A DNA stretch of 64,000 bases from Candidatus Lindowbacteria bacterium RIFCSPLOWO2_12_FULL_62_27 (GTDB taxonomy: Bacteria > Lindowbacteria > 2-12-FULL-62-27): the NCBI GenBank assembly GCA_001784175.1, contig MFPR01000004.1:62001-126000 (forward strand), read 5' to 3'. A program made the translations under genes and the position numbers. The first letter of the stretch is position 1. Every line of letters starts with the position of its first letter. Shown here in pieces: positions 9,268 through 21,542 of this stretch. The notes below the pieces were generated by a model that was given only the letters and a program-made list of their open reading frames with translations, was not told the origin of the DNA and did not search any database.

Positions 9268-11703
9268 ATGTCTGAAACCGTTCTCATCCTCTCGGGCCTT
9301 CTGGCCGTCGGCTTTCTGACGATCCAGCTCGCGCGGTCGATGAACATTCCGCACTCCGTGTTCCTGGTCATCATCGGCGGCGCGGCGGGACTCACCATCC
9401 GCGCGGTTCATCCGGAGTGGGTCCGGGGCGTCTCGGAGGCGTTTCCCGGGATCATCCTGTACGTTCTTCTGCCGCCGCTGATTTTCGAGTCGGCCTACAA
9501 CATGGATTTCTCGGCGTTGAAAAAGGACGTGCTGCCGATCACGGTCCTCGCCGTGATCGGACTCATCATCTCTGCCGTCCTCATCGGCTCGGGGATGCAT
9601 CTGTTCCTTGGGTTCCCCCTCATGGCCTGCCTGCTCTTTGGCGCATTCATGTCCGCCACGGACCCGGTGGCGGTGGTGGCGCTCTTCAAGGAACTGGGCG
9701 CGCCCAAGCGGCTGACGATGCTGGTCGAGGGCGAGAGCCTCTTCAACGACGGCTCGGCCATCGTGTTGTTCCAGGTCCTGCTGGCCGCCGCGATGGCGCC
9801 GGCGATGCCGGTGGGTGCGGGGATGGTGGGGACGATCTGCAAGAGTTTCATCATCGTCTTTTTCGGCGGCGTGCTGGTCGGTCTGGTCATCGCCGTGATA
9901 ACGAGCTGGCTGCTCAAGATGATCCCGACCGGCAGCGGCCAGATGGGCATGACCGTCGCGGCCGCCTACCTGAGCTTCATCGTGGCCGACCACGTCTTTC
10001 ACGTCAGCGGCGTCATGAGCACCGTGCCGGTCGGCCTGTATCTTGGCAACCGCGCGCGGCTCGAGTTCAACAAGGAAGCGCTTCACGGCATGCATTACCT
10101 GTGGGAGTTTCTGGCCCTCGCGGCCAACATCATCGTTTTCTTCGGCGTCGGCCTCACCGTCGAGCCGAAGGTCTTGCGGGAATGCTTGAAATACATCCCG
10201 GCCGTCCTCTTCATCGCCTACGCCGCACGCACCCTGTCCGTGGTCCTCACGGTGCCCGTCATGAACCGGTTCAAGATGACCGAATACATTTCCGGTTCCT
10301 ATCAGGGCATCCTCATCTGGGGGGGACTGCGCGGCGGCCTCGCGCTTGCGCTCGTGCTGCTCCTGCAGGATTCGTTCGAGTACAAGCAGTTGTTCCTGGG
10401 ACTCGCCACCAGCGTGGTTCTGGCGACCCTCCTCATCAACGCGCTCACGATCAAAACGGCGATGAAGCTTTTTGGGCTCAGCAAGCTGACCGACCAGGAG
10501 GAGAACCTGTTCATGCGGACCATCCACAAACTCCAGCATCACCTGTACCCGCCGCTTTTTCGCGCCGCTGAGGACGGCAGCCTCTCCAACGCCCTCGTCA
10601 ACCGCAGCCGCGCCGACGCGGAGGAGGCCTTAAAGGACTACTCGGTCGCGCGGCCGGAGACGGACAGCGAGCGGTTTGATTTCGAGTTCAGAAACCTCAT
10701 GCTGTCCGAAAAATCCTATTACGACGAGAAGCTGGAAGACGGCATCCTGTCGAAAACGGCCTATCGACGGCTCATCCGCATCATCCAGCAGCGCTTTGAC
10801 GCCTACTGGACTGGAGGGAACCTCGCCCTGTTCGAATACAAGTTTCCGCTGCTGGAAAAGGAGCGCGCTTCGTCACGATTCTTCTCGGCCATCGCGCCGC
10901 AAACCTACCACAAACTCCGCATCCGCCGGCTCACCCGCGTCCTCGAGGAGTGCCTCCACCTGCGGTTCGCCATCCGCGAGGCGTTGACCGACGTCGAACA
11001 CGAGGAGGCCCGGAAACTGGCCGACGGATGGCTGGAGCAGATCGCGGACCGGCTCCATTATTTCTTCACGCTCTACCCCAGCTACGCCAATTCGATCCAG
11101 TCCCTCTACATCGCCAACACGCTGGCGGCCTCGGCGGAAAAGACACTCGACACATACATGAATCTCAACCTCATCACCGGCGGCGTCTACGCGAGGGCCC
11201 GCCAGTACGTGGAAGACCTGCGCCGGCGCGAGGTGTCGTCGTCCCGCGCCTATCTCAATCCGTCGATCGTCTACCTCCTCAAACATGTCCCGCTCTTTTC
11301 GCGGCTGCCCGACGCCGTCCTCGTCGAGGTCGCCGCGGCGGCCAAAATCCTCGAATTGCCCCCGGGCGCGCAGGTGGTCCGCGAGGGCGAGGCCGGCGAT
11401 TCGATTTATCTGCTGACGGCCGGGATGCTGAAAGTGACGGGGACGCGCGTGGCGAAGACCAAATCGCACAAGCTCTTTGCCGGAGACGCCATCGGCGACC
11501 CGACCCTCCTCACGGGCGATTTCTTCGGCGAGATGTCGCTCCTCCGCAAGGCGCCCCGCAGCGCCACCGTCACGACCGTGACGGACGCGACGATCGTCGA
11601 GATCAGCTACGCGGAGGTGGAGAAGATGATGGGGAATTTTCCTGAAGTTAGAAAAACGATTGAGGCCGGGGCGCAACAACGGATGGCGGCGCAGACCGCC
11701 TGA
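9268..11703 (+). CDS. CPA1 (NhaP-like) Na+/H+ antiporter with C-terminal cyclic-nucleotide-binding domain
   Basis: LLPPLIFESA, SATDPVAV, EGESLFNDG, WGGLRGG; C-terminal VPLF...REGE.GD...FFGEMSLL...PRSATV. Confidence 0.9.
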   Translation: MSETVLILSGLLAVGFLTIQLARSMNIPHSVFLVIIGGAAGLTIRAVHPEWVRGVSEAFPGIILYVLLPPLIFESAYNMDFSALKKDVLPITVLAVIGLIISAVLIGSGMHLFLGFPLMACLLFGAFMSATDPVAVVALFKELGAPKRLTMLVEGESLFNDGSAIVLFQVLLAAAMAPAMPVGAGMVGTICKSFIIVFFGGVLVGLVIAVITSWLLKMIPTGSGQMGMTVAAAYLSFIVADHVFHVSGVMSTVPVGLYLGNRARLEFNKEALHGMHYLWEFLALAANIIVFFGVGLTVEPKVLRECLKYIPAVLFIAYAARTLSVVLTVPVMNRFKMTEYISGSYQGILIWGGLRGGLALALVLLLQDSFEYKQLFLGLATSVVLATLLINALTIKTAMKLFGLSKLTDQEENLFMRTIHKLQHHLYPPLFRAAEDGSLSNALVNRSRADAEEALKDYSVARPETDSERFDFEFRNLMLSEKSYYDEKLEDGILSKTAYRRLIRIIQQRFDAYWTGGNLALFEYKFPLLEKERASSRFFSAIAPQTYHKLRIRRLTRVLEECLHLRFAIREALTDVEHEEARKLADGWLEQIADRLHYFFTLYPSYANSIQSLYIANTLAASAEKTLDTYMNLNLITGGVYARARQYVEDLRRREVSSSRAYLNPSIVYLLKHVPLFSRLPDAVLVEVAAAAKILELPPGAQVVREGEAGDSIYLLTAGMLKVTGTRVAKTKSHKLFAGDAIGDPTLLTGDFFGEMSLLRKAPRSATVTTVTDATIVEISYAEVEKMMGNFPEVRKTIEAGAQQRMAAQTA

Positions 11704-11709
11704 ACCGGA

Positions 11710-12828
11710 CTACCTTCTTCTCAGATAGGCGAGTGGATTTTGAGGCAGGCCGTTCTTACGCACCTCGAAATGCAGGTTGGGACCGGTCGCCAGGCCCGTC
11801 GCGCCGATCGCGCCGATCATCTGGCCCTGCTCGACCCGCTGGCCCCTCGACACCCGCGTGCTCGACAGGTGCGCGTACCGCGTCGTGACGCCGTCGGCGT
11901 GCCGGATCACGACGATCTTGCCGTAGCCGCGCATCCAGCCGACGAAACTCACGCGGCCATCCCCCGACGCGAAAACGGTCGATCCGCGGCCGCCGCCGAT
12001 GTCGATGCCTTCATGGAAGATCCGCCGCTTGCGGATGGGATGCATTCGGAATCCGAACTCCGAATTGACGAGCCGGTAGGAGGCGGGCCACGCAAAACCG
12101 CCGGACGATCGGGCAAGCTGCTTCTGCACAGGTTGAAACGCCAGGTTCGGGTTCGGCACATACAGACGGTCGCCGCTCTTCAGGCCCCGCGCATCCTGGA
12201 TCCGGTTGAACTTCAGAATCTCCGCCGTGTTCACCGAGAACCGCGACGCCACCGTCCAGACGCTTTCACCCGACTTCAAACGCACCTCGATGGCATCCAT
12301 GTTCGGAATCTGGATCTCCCGGCCCACCGGAAGTTTCCCGGCGTCGGAAATCACACCCGCATTCGCCCAGAGCAGGGTGCCGCTCCGGATCCCGTGTCTT
12401 CGCGCGAGTTCCCACACGCTGTCTCCGGATCGAATCCGGTACTTCGTGAACTTGAGTTCCATCCGCGTCAGCGCCGTCGCCGGCTTGAGTTCCTCCACCA
12501 CCTCCTCGATCCGGTCCATGCTGTCCGGCTCGAACTCGTCCGGGTTGGTCAGCGGCACGCTCTGGAACGACGACAGCACCACCGGCCGCACCAGGAGCCC
12601 GGTGTCGAGCGGAGGCTGATAGGCGAACGAAAATTTCCGGCTGTTGAACATCGCAACCCCGGCGACCGCCAGGAGTACGCAGAGCAAGGCGAGTTTGATT
12701 TTTCGAAATCCCGCGCGCACGGCCTCCCGGCGGTGGCGGCGCCACACGCCCAGCCGGCCGAAAAACCCGAGCCTCTGGAAAAACCTCTCCTGAATGTCCG
12801 CGCCTCGAAACCTCGAATAGACCTTCAT
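11710..12828 (-). CDS. LysM x2 + M23 peptidase
   Basis: Two LysM repeats (GDSVWELA, GESVWTVA); HEGID, YAHL and GPNLHFEVR motifs; N-terminal TM helix. Confidence 0.88.
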   Translation of the reverse strand: MKVYSRFRGADIQERFFQRLGFFGRLGVWRRHRREAVRAGFRKIKLALLCVLLAVAGVAMFNSRKFSFAYQPPLDTGLLVRPVVLSSFQSVPLTNPDEFEPDSMDRIEEVVEELKPATALTRMELKFTKYRIRSGDSVWELARRHGIRSGTLLWANAGVISDAGKLPVGREIQIPNMDAIEVRLKSGESVWTVASRFSVNTAEILKFNRIQDARGLKSGDRLYVPNPNLAFQPVQKQLARSSGGFAWPASYRLVNSEFGFRMHPIRKRRIFHEGIDIGGGRGSTVFASGDGRVSFVGWMRGYGKIVVIRHADGVTTRYAHLSSTRVSRGQRVEQGQMIGAIGATGLATGPNLHFEVRKNGLPQNPLAYLRRR

Positions 12829-12922
12829 CCCTTTTTCTCTCTTATACTTATCGGCCGCGCGAGATTGACGCTTGATTGCGGTCAATGGTAGTTTTGCGAG
12901 TTTGGGAAGGGAGCATAAAACC

Positions 12923-13453
12923 ATGCGCCATGTGATTTCAATTCTGGTCCAGAATAAGTTCGGCGTGCTGGCCCGGATCTCCGGTTTGATCTCGGCACGC
13001 GGATTCAACATCGACAGCCTCACGGTCGGCGAAACCGAGGACACAAAAATATCGCGCATGATCATCGTGGTCCACGGCGACGATCCGGTGATCGAGCAGA
13101 TCATCAAGCAACTCCGCCGGCTGGTCGATACCATCAAGGTAATGGATCTGGCCGAGGGGAAATACGTGGAACGGGAGCTGCTCCTGGCCAAGATCGAGGC
13201 GACGCCGGCCAAACGGCTCGAGATTCTCCAGATCGCCAACGTCTTTGGCGCCAAAATCATGGACATGACCGGCAAGGACATCATCATGGAACTCGCCGCC
13301 GAGGTGGGCAAGGTCGATGCGCTGATCGCGATCCTGAAACCCTACGGCATCCGCGAACTCGCCCGAACCGGGTCGGTCGCGCTGGCCCGGGGAGGCGCGG
13401 CCCAGGTCCAGGCCGCGGCCGGCGCCACGGCGTCTGGAATCAATACCCTCTAA
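12923..13453 (+). CDS. ilvN: Acetolactate synthase small subunit
   Basis: MRHVISILVQNKFGVLARISGLISARGFNIDSL; ERELLL; ELARTG. Confidence 0.95.
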   Translation: MRHVISILVQNKFGVLARISGLISARGFNIDSLTVGETEDTKISRMIIVVHGDDPVIEQIIKQLRRLVDTIKVMDLAEGKYVERELLLAKIEATPAKRLEILQIANVFGAKIMDMTGKDIIMELAAEVGKVDALIAILKPYGIRELARTGSVALARGGAAQVQAAAGATASGINTL

Positions 13454-13474
13454 AATCGAAAGGAGCATGTGATC

Positions 13475-14494
13475 ATGCCAGAGATTTGTTACGACAAGGA
13501 CGCCGATTTGAAGTTCCTGAAAAACCGGAAAATCGCCGTCATCGGATACGGGTCCCAGGGACACGCACAGTCCCAGAACTTGCGCGACAGCGGCCTCGCC
13601 GTCATCGTCGCCGCGTCCGCGCCCGGCAGCCCCTCCTGGGAAAACGCCACCAAGGCCGGCTTTACGGTCAAGACCGCCGCGGAGGCCGCCCGGGAGGCCG
13701 ATATCTTTGTGCTCCTGGCGCCGGACGAGAAACAGAAGAACATCTTTGAAAAGGACATTCTTCCCAACGCGAAGGAGAAGTCGGTCCTCATCTTTTCGCA
13801 CGGTTTCAACATCCGCTTCTTCCGCGTCGTCCCGCCCAAATGGATGGACGTCATCCTCGTCGCGCCCAAGGCGCCCGGACACACCCTCCGGACCATGTAC
13901 AAGGAGGGCAAGGGCGTGCCGTGTCTCCTCGCCGTCCAGCAGGACGCCAGCGGCCAGGCGCGCCAGACGGCGCTCGCTTACGCCAAAGGCATCGGCTCCA
14001 CCCGCGCCGGCGCCCTCTGGACCACGTTTACCGAGGAATGCGAAACCGATCTCTTCGGCGAGCAGGTCATCCTCTGCGGCGGCGTCGCGCATCTCATCCA
14101 GGCCGCCTTCGAAACGCTCGTCGAAGCCGGATACCAGCCGGAGGTCGCGTACTTTGAGGCGTGCCACGAACTCAAGCTCATCGTCGACATGATCCAGGAG
14201 GGCGGCATCTGGTGGATGCGGTACTCCTGCTCCGACACGGCAGAGTTCGGAGACTACACGCGCGGCCCGCGGATCGTCACCGATCAGACCCGGCAGGAAA
14301 TGAAGAAAATCCTGAACGAGATTCAGACCGGACAGTTCGCGCGCGAATGGCTCCTCGAAAACGAGGTCGGCCGGCCCTTCTTCAATTCCATGCGGCGCAA
14401 ACACAAGGACCATTTGATCGAAAAGGTCGGAGAACAGGTGCGGTCCATGATGTCCTGGATCCGCCGCCGCCGGACGGAAACCGGCGAGGATTGA
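13475..14494 (+). CDS. ilvC: Ketol-acid reductoisomerase
   Basis: [31 protein letters not shown]. Confidence 0.97.
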   Translation: MPEICYDKDADLKFLKNRKIAVIGYGSQGHAQSQNLRDSGLAVIVAASAPGSPSWENATKAGFTVKTAAEAAREADIFVLLAPDEKQKNIFEKDILPNAKEKSVLIFSHGFNIRFFRVVPPKWMDVILVAPKAPGHTLRTMYKEGKGVPCLLAVQQDASGQARQTALAYAKGIGSTRAGALWTTFTEECETDLFGEQVILCGGVAHLIQAAFETLVEAGYQPEVAYFEACHELKLIVDMIQEGGIWWMRYSCSDTAEFGDYTRGPRIVTDQTRQEMKKILNEIQTGQFAREWLLENEVGRPFFNSMRRKHKDHLIEKVGEQVRSMMSWIRRRRTETGED

Positions 14495-14509
14495 TCGTTC
14501 GCCCGCGCC

Positions 14510-15136
14510 ATGGCCCGTGAAGGGTTGAAATACGCCGTCCCGATGGCGGCGGTCGCTGTCCTCTCCGCCGTGCTCGGCTATCACGCGCTGGTGTGGACGG
14601 CCGCACTCTTCGCGGGCGCCTTCGCAATTTTTTTCCGGCTTCCGGCCGCGCCCGCGACGGCCGGAAACGGCGCGATTCTCTCCCCCGCCGGCGGGTTTGT
14701 CATCGAAGTGGTCCGGGAGGAAGAACCTGTTTTTTTCAAGACGCCCGCGCAGCGCATCAGCATTTTCATGTCGCCGCTCGACGTCCACGTCAATACCGCG
14801 CCGCTGACCGGGTCGGTCCGGTACGCCGAATACCGCCCCGGCGCGTTCTGGCGGGCGGACCGGCCGGAGGCCCGTCTTCAGAATGAGCGGATGAGCGTCG
14901 GATTCGAAACCGAAACCGGCGTGAAATGCCTCGCGACCCAGGTCGCCGGCTGGCTCGCGCGGCGGATCGTCTGCGACGTGCGCGTCGGCGACACGGTCCG
15001 GCGGGGCCGCAGGTACGGAATGATCGAATTCGGCTCACGGCTCGACTTGCACGTGCCGGAACACGCGCGGGTCACGGTCAAACCCGGACTCCATGTCCGC
15101 GCCGCCCGGACGGTCCTTGCGGAGGTGCGGCCGTGA
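14510..15136 (+). CDS. psd: Phosphatidylserine decarboxylase proenzyme
   Basis: ISIFMSPLDVHVN, QVAG.LARRI, FGSR cleavage motif. Confidence 0.92.
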   Translation: MAREGLKYAVPMAAVAVLSAVLGYHALVWTAALFAGAFAIFFRLPAAPATAGNGAILSPAGGFVIEVVREEEPVFFKTPAQRISIFMSPLDVHVNTAPLTGSVRYAEYRPGAFWRADRPEARLQNERMSVGFETETGVKCLATQVAGWLARRIVCDVRVGDTVRRGRRYGMIEFGSRLDLHVPEHARVTVKPGLHVRAARTVLAEVRP

Positions 15137-15911
15137 ACCCGGCTGAGCCTCAGAAGTGGCGGTCCCGGTTTTCGATCCGGCGCGGCGTATATCTTTTGCC
15201 CAGCCTCTTCACGCTCGCCAATTTGTTTTTCGGATTCTACGCCATCATCCTTGCCTTCCGCGGCCATTACGTGGCCGCCTGCATGGCCATCATCTGCTCC
15301 TACGTGGCCGACATCCTCGACGGGCGGATCGCCCGGCTGACCGGCACCACCAGCGAGTTCGGCGTGGAATTCGATTCCCTCGCCGATCTCGTCTCCTTCT
15401 GCGTGGCGCCGGCCCTCATGCTCTATCTCCGCTGGCTTCACGATATCCCGAAAATCGGCTGGGTCTGCGCCTTTGTCTTCGTCGCCTGCGGCGCCATCCG
15501 CCTCGCGCGCTTCAACGCCTATGACACCACGCACGACACGGCCTATTTCAACGGCTTCTCGACGCCCGCCGCCGCGGGCGGGGCCATTTCGCTCGTCTTT
15601 CTCGAACACCGCATTTTTCCCGGCCAGACCCACGTCAGCGTCATCGTGCCGTGGCTCTGCATCGTCCTCTCCTTTCTCATGGTGTCGAACATCCGGTATC
15701 CGAGTTTCAAAAACTTGAAGCTCGAAGGCCGGATCCCGGCCCGGCTCCTCATCGCGATCGTGTTTTTCGTGTTCATCTTCGTCTCGAAATTCTACGTCGC
15801 CTTCGCCGCGCTCTTCTTCGTGTATCTCTTGTCCGGCCTGTTTGTGCAGCTCGCGTTCCTCAAGAGCGTGAGGGACGCCCGGCGGATTCAAAAAGAGGAG
15901 ATGTCGACCCG

Positions 15912-15915
<4 letters not shown>
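15133..15915 (+). CDS. pssA: CDP-diacylglycerol--serine O-phosphatidyltransferase
   Basis: DILDGRIAR...G.EFDSLAD.VSF, RLARFN. Confidence 0.92.
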
Positions 15916-17445
<1,530 letters not shown>

Positions 17446-17459
<14 letters not shown>

Positions 17460-19965
17460 AGCGGCCACGCCTGCTCCCGCCGCACCGCCGCCGAAACCGG
17501 AAAAATTAAAGTTTGAGGCCGGCGACCTCATCTGCGTCCAAGGTGAAGCCAGCCGCGAACTCTATCTCCTCAACAGCGGCAAGCTCGAAATTCTCGTGTG
17601 CGATCTCAACCCGCTGCCCAAGAGCAAGGATGAGATCGCCCGCAAATCGAGCCGGGTCGCCGTCATCGAAGAACCGGGGCCGTTCGGCGAACTCGCCTTT
17701 CTCCTCCGACTGCCCAGAACCGCCACCATCCGCGTCCTCGAAAACGCGCAGGTCACCAAGTTCGCCGCCGTCGACGGCGCATTCCAGTCCATGGTCGCCA
17801 AACAGCCCAAGCTCGGTGTGGATTTTTGCCGCAACCTTCTCAAGCGATACACCCTCTCTCTGCAGGGCATCTCGGAGGCCAACAAGCTCCTCAAGGCCCT
17901 CCAGCGGCTCTATGACAATTCCTGCCTCATCCTCGCCATCCACGCGGCCGAGGCGCTGGAAAAACAAACGTTTTTTTCCGGCCTCAAGTTCGATGAAAAG
18001 GCGTCCAAGGCGTTTCAGCATGGCCAGCGGGTGTATCAGATCCTGTCCAAGGCCGAAAAACTCCCGAAAAAGATCGGCCCGGCCATCCTCGAAGTCGACC
18101 ACTCGGACGCGCTGGGCGTCAAATATGGCGCCAAGACCGTCCGCATCTCCGAAATCAAGGAGGCCGACTTCTTCCGGAGATTGATCGCAAACGTCGACGG
18201 ACATTTCTTCGCCATGCTCGACGCCGACCCCTCCCTCGTGGTCTTTATGACCGAACGGCTCGCCGCCAAATTGCCGGCGGTCAATGCCCTCTTCCTCTCC
18301 CACAAGGACGCGGTGGACGATGCGATCGGGCGGTACATCGGGAAATCCGAAAGCATCCTCTCGGATCTCCTGGAGCTGACGGAGGCAGTGACGCAAAAAG
18401 AGGATCTGGCAACCCTGAAATCCCACCTCGACGAATTGCTCCATTCCATCTGCCGCGCCGGACGGCCCTGGGTCTCCCTCTATGTCGATCTCTGGGGCGC
18501 CCCGCCGCCGCGCCTCTCCGGAAGTTTCCGAAAGGTCGTCACCGACCTGGAAAAAAAGGAGGAGGAGGACCGCAAGGCGGCCGAACGCGCCGCGGCGGCA
18601 AAGGAGGCGGCGGCGGCCGGCAAGGGCGAGGCGCTGATCAAGGACATCTTTCAGAAATTCATGTCGCACTTCGACGCGCCCGAGGAAGTCAAAACGAAAC
18701 TCAAGAACGCGCTCGAAAATTTTCAAAAACTCGAAGACAAAATGGACATCCACGGCGACGGGCGCAAGGTTCGAAACGAGGTCACAAGTTCCTACTGGAA
18801 TTTCTACAAGACCGCCATCCGGTCCTATTTTGAAAATCCCGATGCCTTCCCGACCGAAGCCCGGATGCTTCTGCGATTCGGCATGATGGACGAGAAGATG
18901 ATCGCCGAGGACGATACCGAAACCCTCTCCAAGTTCCCATTCACACAGATTTGCGATGACTATCAGATCTTCTACGTCGACGAATGGCTCCGCAAGGTCT
19001 TCGAAGGCAAGGAGGGGCCCAGCTCGACGGAGCTCGGCGAAACGTTCCAGGAGGTCGTCAAACGTGGAGAGGACGAGGTCAAAATCTACACCGAGGACGC
19101 GACCTTCGGCCTGGTCGCTTACGAGGCCGACCACATGCTCAAAAGCGCCGTGCGCATGTGCGCCGGCGGCCCGGCCTACGCCTTTCCCGTTCTCACCAAG
19201 GATTTCTGCGGGGCGGGCTTGGAGAAAAAACTCGTCACCAAGGAAAAACTTGCGGCGGCCATCACCGAAATCATGAAACTCGATTACCGCGTCTTCGTCC
19301 GCGACGTCAAGGTCGTCGTCGCCGACAAGGCCTATTTCGTCGACAAGGAGGTCTCCCCGAACTTCATTCTCCTGCCTTCCACCGGATCCCAGGCGATCTG
19401 CTGGCAGGAACTGGACGGGCGCAGCAAGGAAACCCGGGCGCGGGTGGTCATCCCCACGATCCTTCAGGGCGACCTCAAGGAAATCCTGATGGACGTGTTC
19501 GCCAAGTTCCGCTGGAACCTCTGCCGGAGCATCGCCGGATACAACTGGGCCAACCCCGCCGAGGGCGGCCTCACGGGCGCATACTTCGATTATGTGAGCT
19601 TCTACAAAAAGAATTCGGAACTCACCGACGAGGAAAAGGAGAAACTGAAGGAAAAATTCGACAAGTATCCGGACATCGGCAGCAAGTTCGCGGCGGACTA
19701 CACCGAATGGCTGACCTTCGAGAAGGAGGGCATCCAGAAACTCAACGGCGTCGTCCGCGGCATCATGTTCAAGTTCGTGCCGTTCATGAAACGCATCCGG
19801 GAAAAACTCGCCGGGTTCCCCGCGTTCGAAAAACACATCTACAAGGACAACAATCTGCGGATCAAAAGAATTCAGGAACTCGAAACCCGCATCAAAGCCT
19901 TCGAAACCGACGGCGTCGAAGTCCCCCAGGAATTCCGGGACGCAATCGAGTTTCAGAAAAAGTGA
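17446..19965 (+). CDS. Large protein with N-terminal cNMP-binding domain and uncharacterised helical C-terminal region
   Basis: GDLICVQG...LYLL.SG...[13 protein letters not shown]; strong codon bias; overlaps the leuA end. Confidence 0.8.
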
Positions 19966-21542
19966 CCACGCACCTCCCGATGAAAATCCAGCACCCGCTG
20001 GTTCAGGCCCAACGGATGCGGCGGATATCGGGCAGCCTCACGGTACAACTGTTCTGCAGTCGCAGTATCGCCCTTTAATCGCTTCGCCTCCGCCAAACTG
20101 AGGATCGCCTCCGGATCGGTCGGCGCGGCGGCATACGCGGCCGAAAACCACCGTTCGGACTCGTCGCTCCGGCCGGCAGCCCGCTCTACCCGGCCAAGAT
20201 CGATGAAGGCGGGATAAAAGAGCGGATCGAGTTCCAATACCCGCGTCAACCACCGCCGGGACTCCTCGTAATTCCCGGCCGAAAATTCGATCCGCCCAAG
20301 ACCCCAAGTCGAAAGTTTGCTGTTCGGATGAATGTCGAGTTCTTTCGTATAGAGCGTCCTTGAGTCCCGGAAATCCCGGCCCCGAAGATGAGTGCGAACG
20401 CCTAATGAGAAAAGAAGAATCACCGCAAGACCAGCCAAAAGATAATACAAATGCGCCGCCTGAAGCCCGCGTTGGATCAGGCAGCCGGCGCCCAACGCGA
20501 GAAAAATACTTGGAATATACAGATACCGCTCCGCAGAAGCATTGGTCAGCGGCACGATTCCGGCCACCGGAAGGAGAAACACGAAGAACCAGAAACCGAA
20601 AACACACGATATAGATCGCCTCGCGAAACACAGGAAACTCGACGCGGCAAACGCCAAGAGTACCGCCGGGCCGATCCACCCGATGGAAAGCGGCAGCGAC
20701 GTCGCCGCCGCATGGTCGATCGATAGAACAGAAGGGAAAAACAGAATCTTCACGTAGCCGGTCCACACACCTGCCTGTTCCACCAGCCAGGGAATCTGCC
20801 GCGGCGCGGCAAAAAGACCCGGACCCGGTAAAACGGCGATCCGGATCACGGCATACGCAATATCCACCGCAAACAGGGCGATCAGCACCCCCCCTCTCCC
20901 GCCTCCGGCGGGAGAGGGTTGGGGTGAGGGTGGCGGGTTTCCGCCAACACCATCCGCCCCCCTCACCTCATTCCTCTCCCCCCTTCGGGGGGAGAGGAGG
21001 TAAACAGCCGTCACGAGAAACGGAAACCCGACGGCAGTCTCCTTCGACAAAAGCGCCGCCCCGAAAAAAAGCGCGGACCAGAAAGTCTTCGCTCGAAGCG
21101 CCGCCCAAAACGCCGACGCCAGAAACACGCCGCACAGAAGATCCTCCCGGAACGTGATCACGTAGACGGCCTCGCTGTAGGCCGGATGAACCAGAAACAG
21201 GAGCGTCCCCCACAGCGCGGCAGATCGACCGAAGAGCGATTTTCCCAACGCATAGAGGACGGTGCACGTCACCGCATGCAACGCAAGGTTCAGCGCATGG
21301 CCGACGGCCAAACCCCACCAGCGGTCCAGGACATGCGTCAGACTGACGACCGGCCGGTACGTCAGCTCCCGGCTGAAGATAAAATAATCGGCCCCGAATA
21401 TCCATTCCAGAATGGGAATGTCCAGATCGCGGTTCTGACTGATGACGTAGCCGTCATCCATCACCCAGCCGTTTTGGAATGCCGGCAGATAGGTCAGTGC
21501 GGCGACCGCGGACAGGCAAAGCAGGACGCGGAGGTTGCTCAC
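19953..21542 (-). CDS. GT-C fold membrane glycosyltransferase (TMTC-like) with C-terminal TPRs
   Basis: WVMDD, YRPV, HP..SEAV, LLSKE, AERYLYIP motifs followed by TPRs; GTGA overlap with the kinase stop. Confidence 0.8.
   Translation of the reverse strand: MSNLRVLLCLSAVAALTYLPAFQNGWVMDDGYVISQNRDLDIPILEWIFGADYFIFSRELTYRPVVSLTHVLDRWWGLAVGHALNLALHAVTCTVLYALGKSLFGRSAALWGTLLFLVHPAYSEAVYVITFREDLLCGVFLASAFWAALRAKTFWSALFFGAALLSKETAVGFPFLVTAVYLLSPRRGERNEVRGADGVGGNPPPSPQPSPAGGGRGGVLIALFAVDIAYAVIRIAVLPGPGLFAAPRQIPWLVEQAGVWTGYVKILFFPSVLSIDHAAATSLPLSIGWIGPAVLLAFAASSFLCFARRSISCVFGFWFFVFLLPVAGIVPLTNASAERYLYIPSIFLALGAGCLIQRGLQAAHLYYLLAGLAVILLFSLGVRTHLRGRDFRDSRTLYTKELDIHPNSKLSTWGLGRIEFSAGNYEESRRWLTRVLELDPLFYPAFIDLGRVERAAGRSDESERWFSAAYAAAPTDPEAILSLAEAKRLKGDTATAEQLYREAARYPPHPLGLNQRVLDFHREVRGHFF
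20885..21010. repeat. Degenerate copy of the MITE at 35160-35296, inserted in frame in a CDS (boundaries approximate)
   Basis: cccctctcccgcc..ggcgggagagggt.ggggtgagggtggc ... cccctcacctca.tcctctcccc..ggggagaggaggt shared with 35173-35286. Confidence 0.85.

Noticed and set aside
11710-13311. 533-aa version of the M23 peptidase
   Set aside because: The extension is antisense to ilvN; the likely start is 12828.
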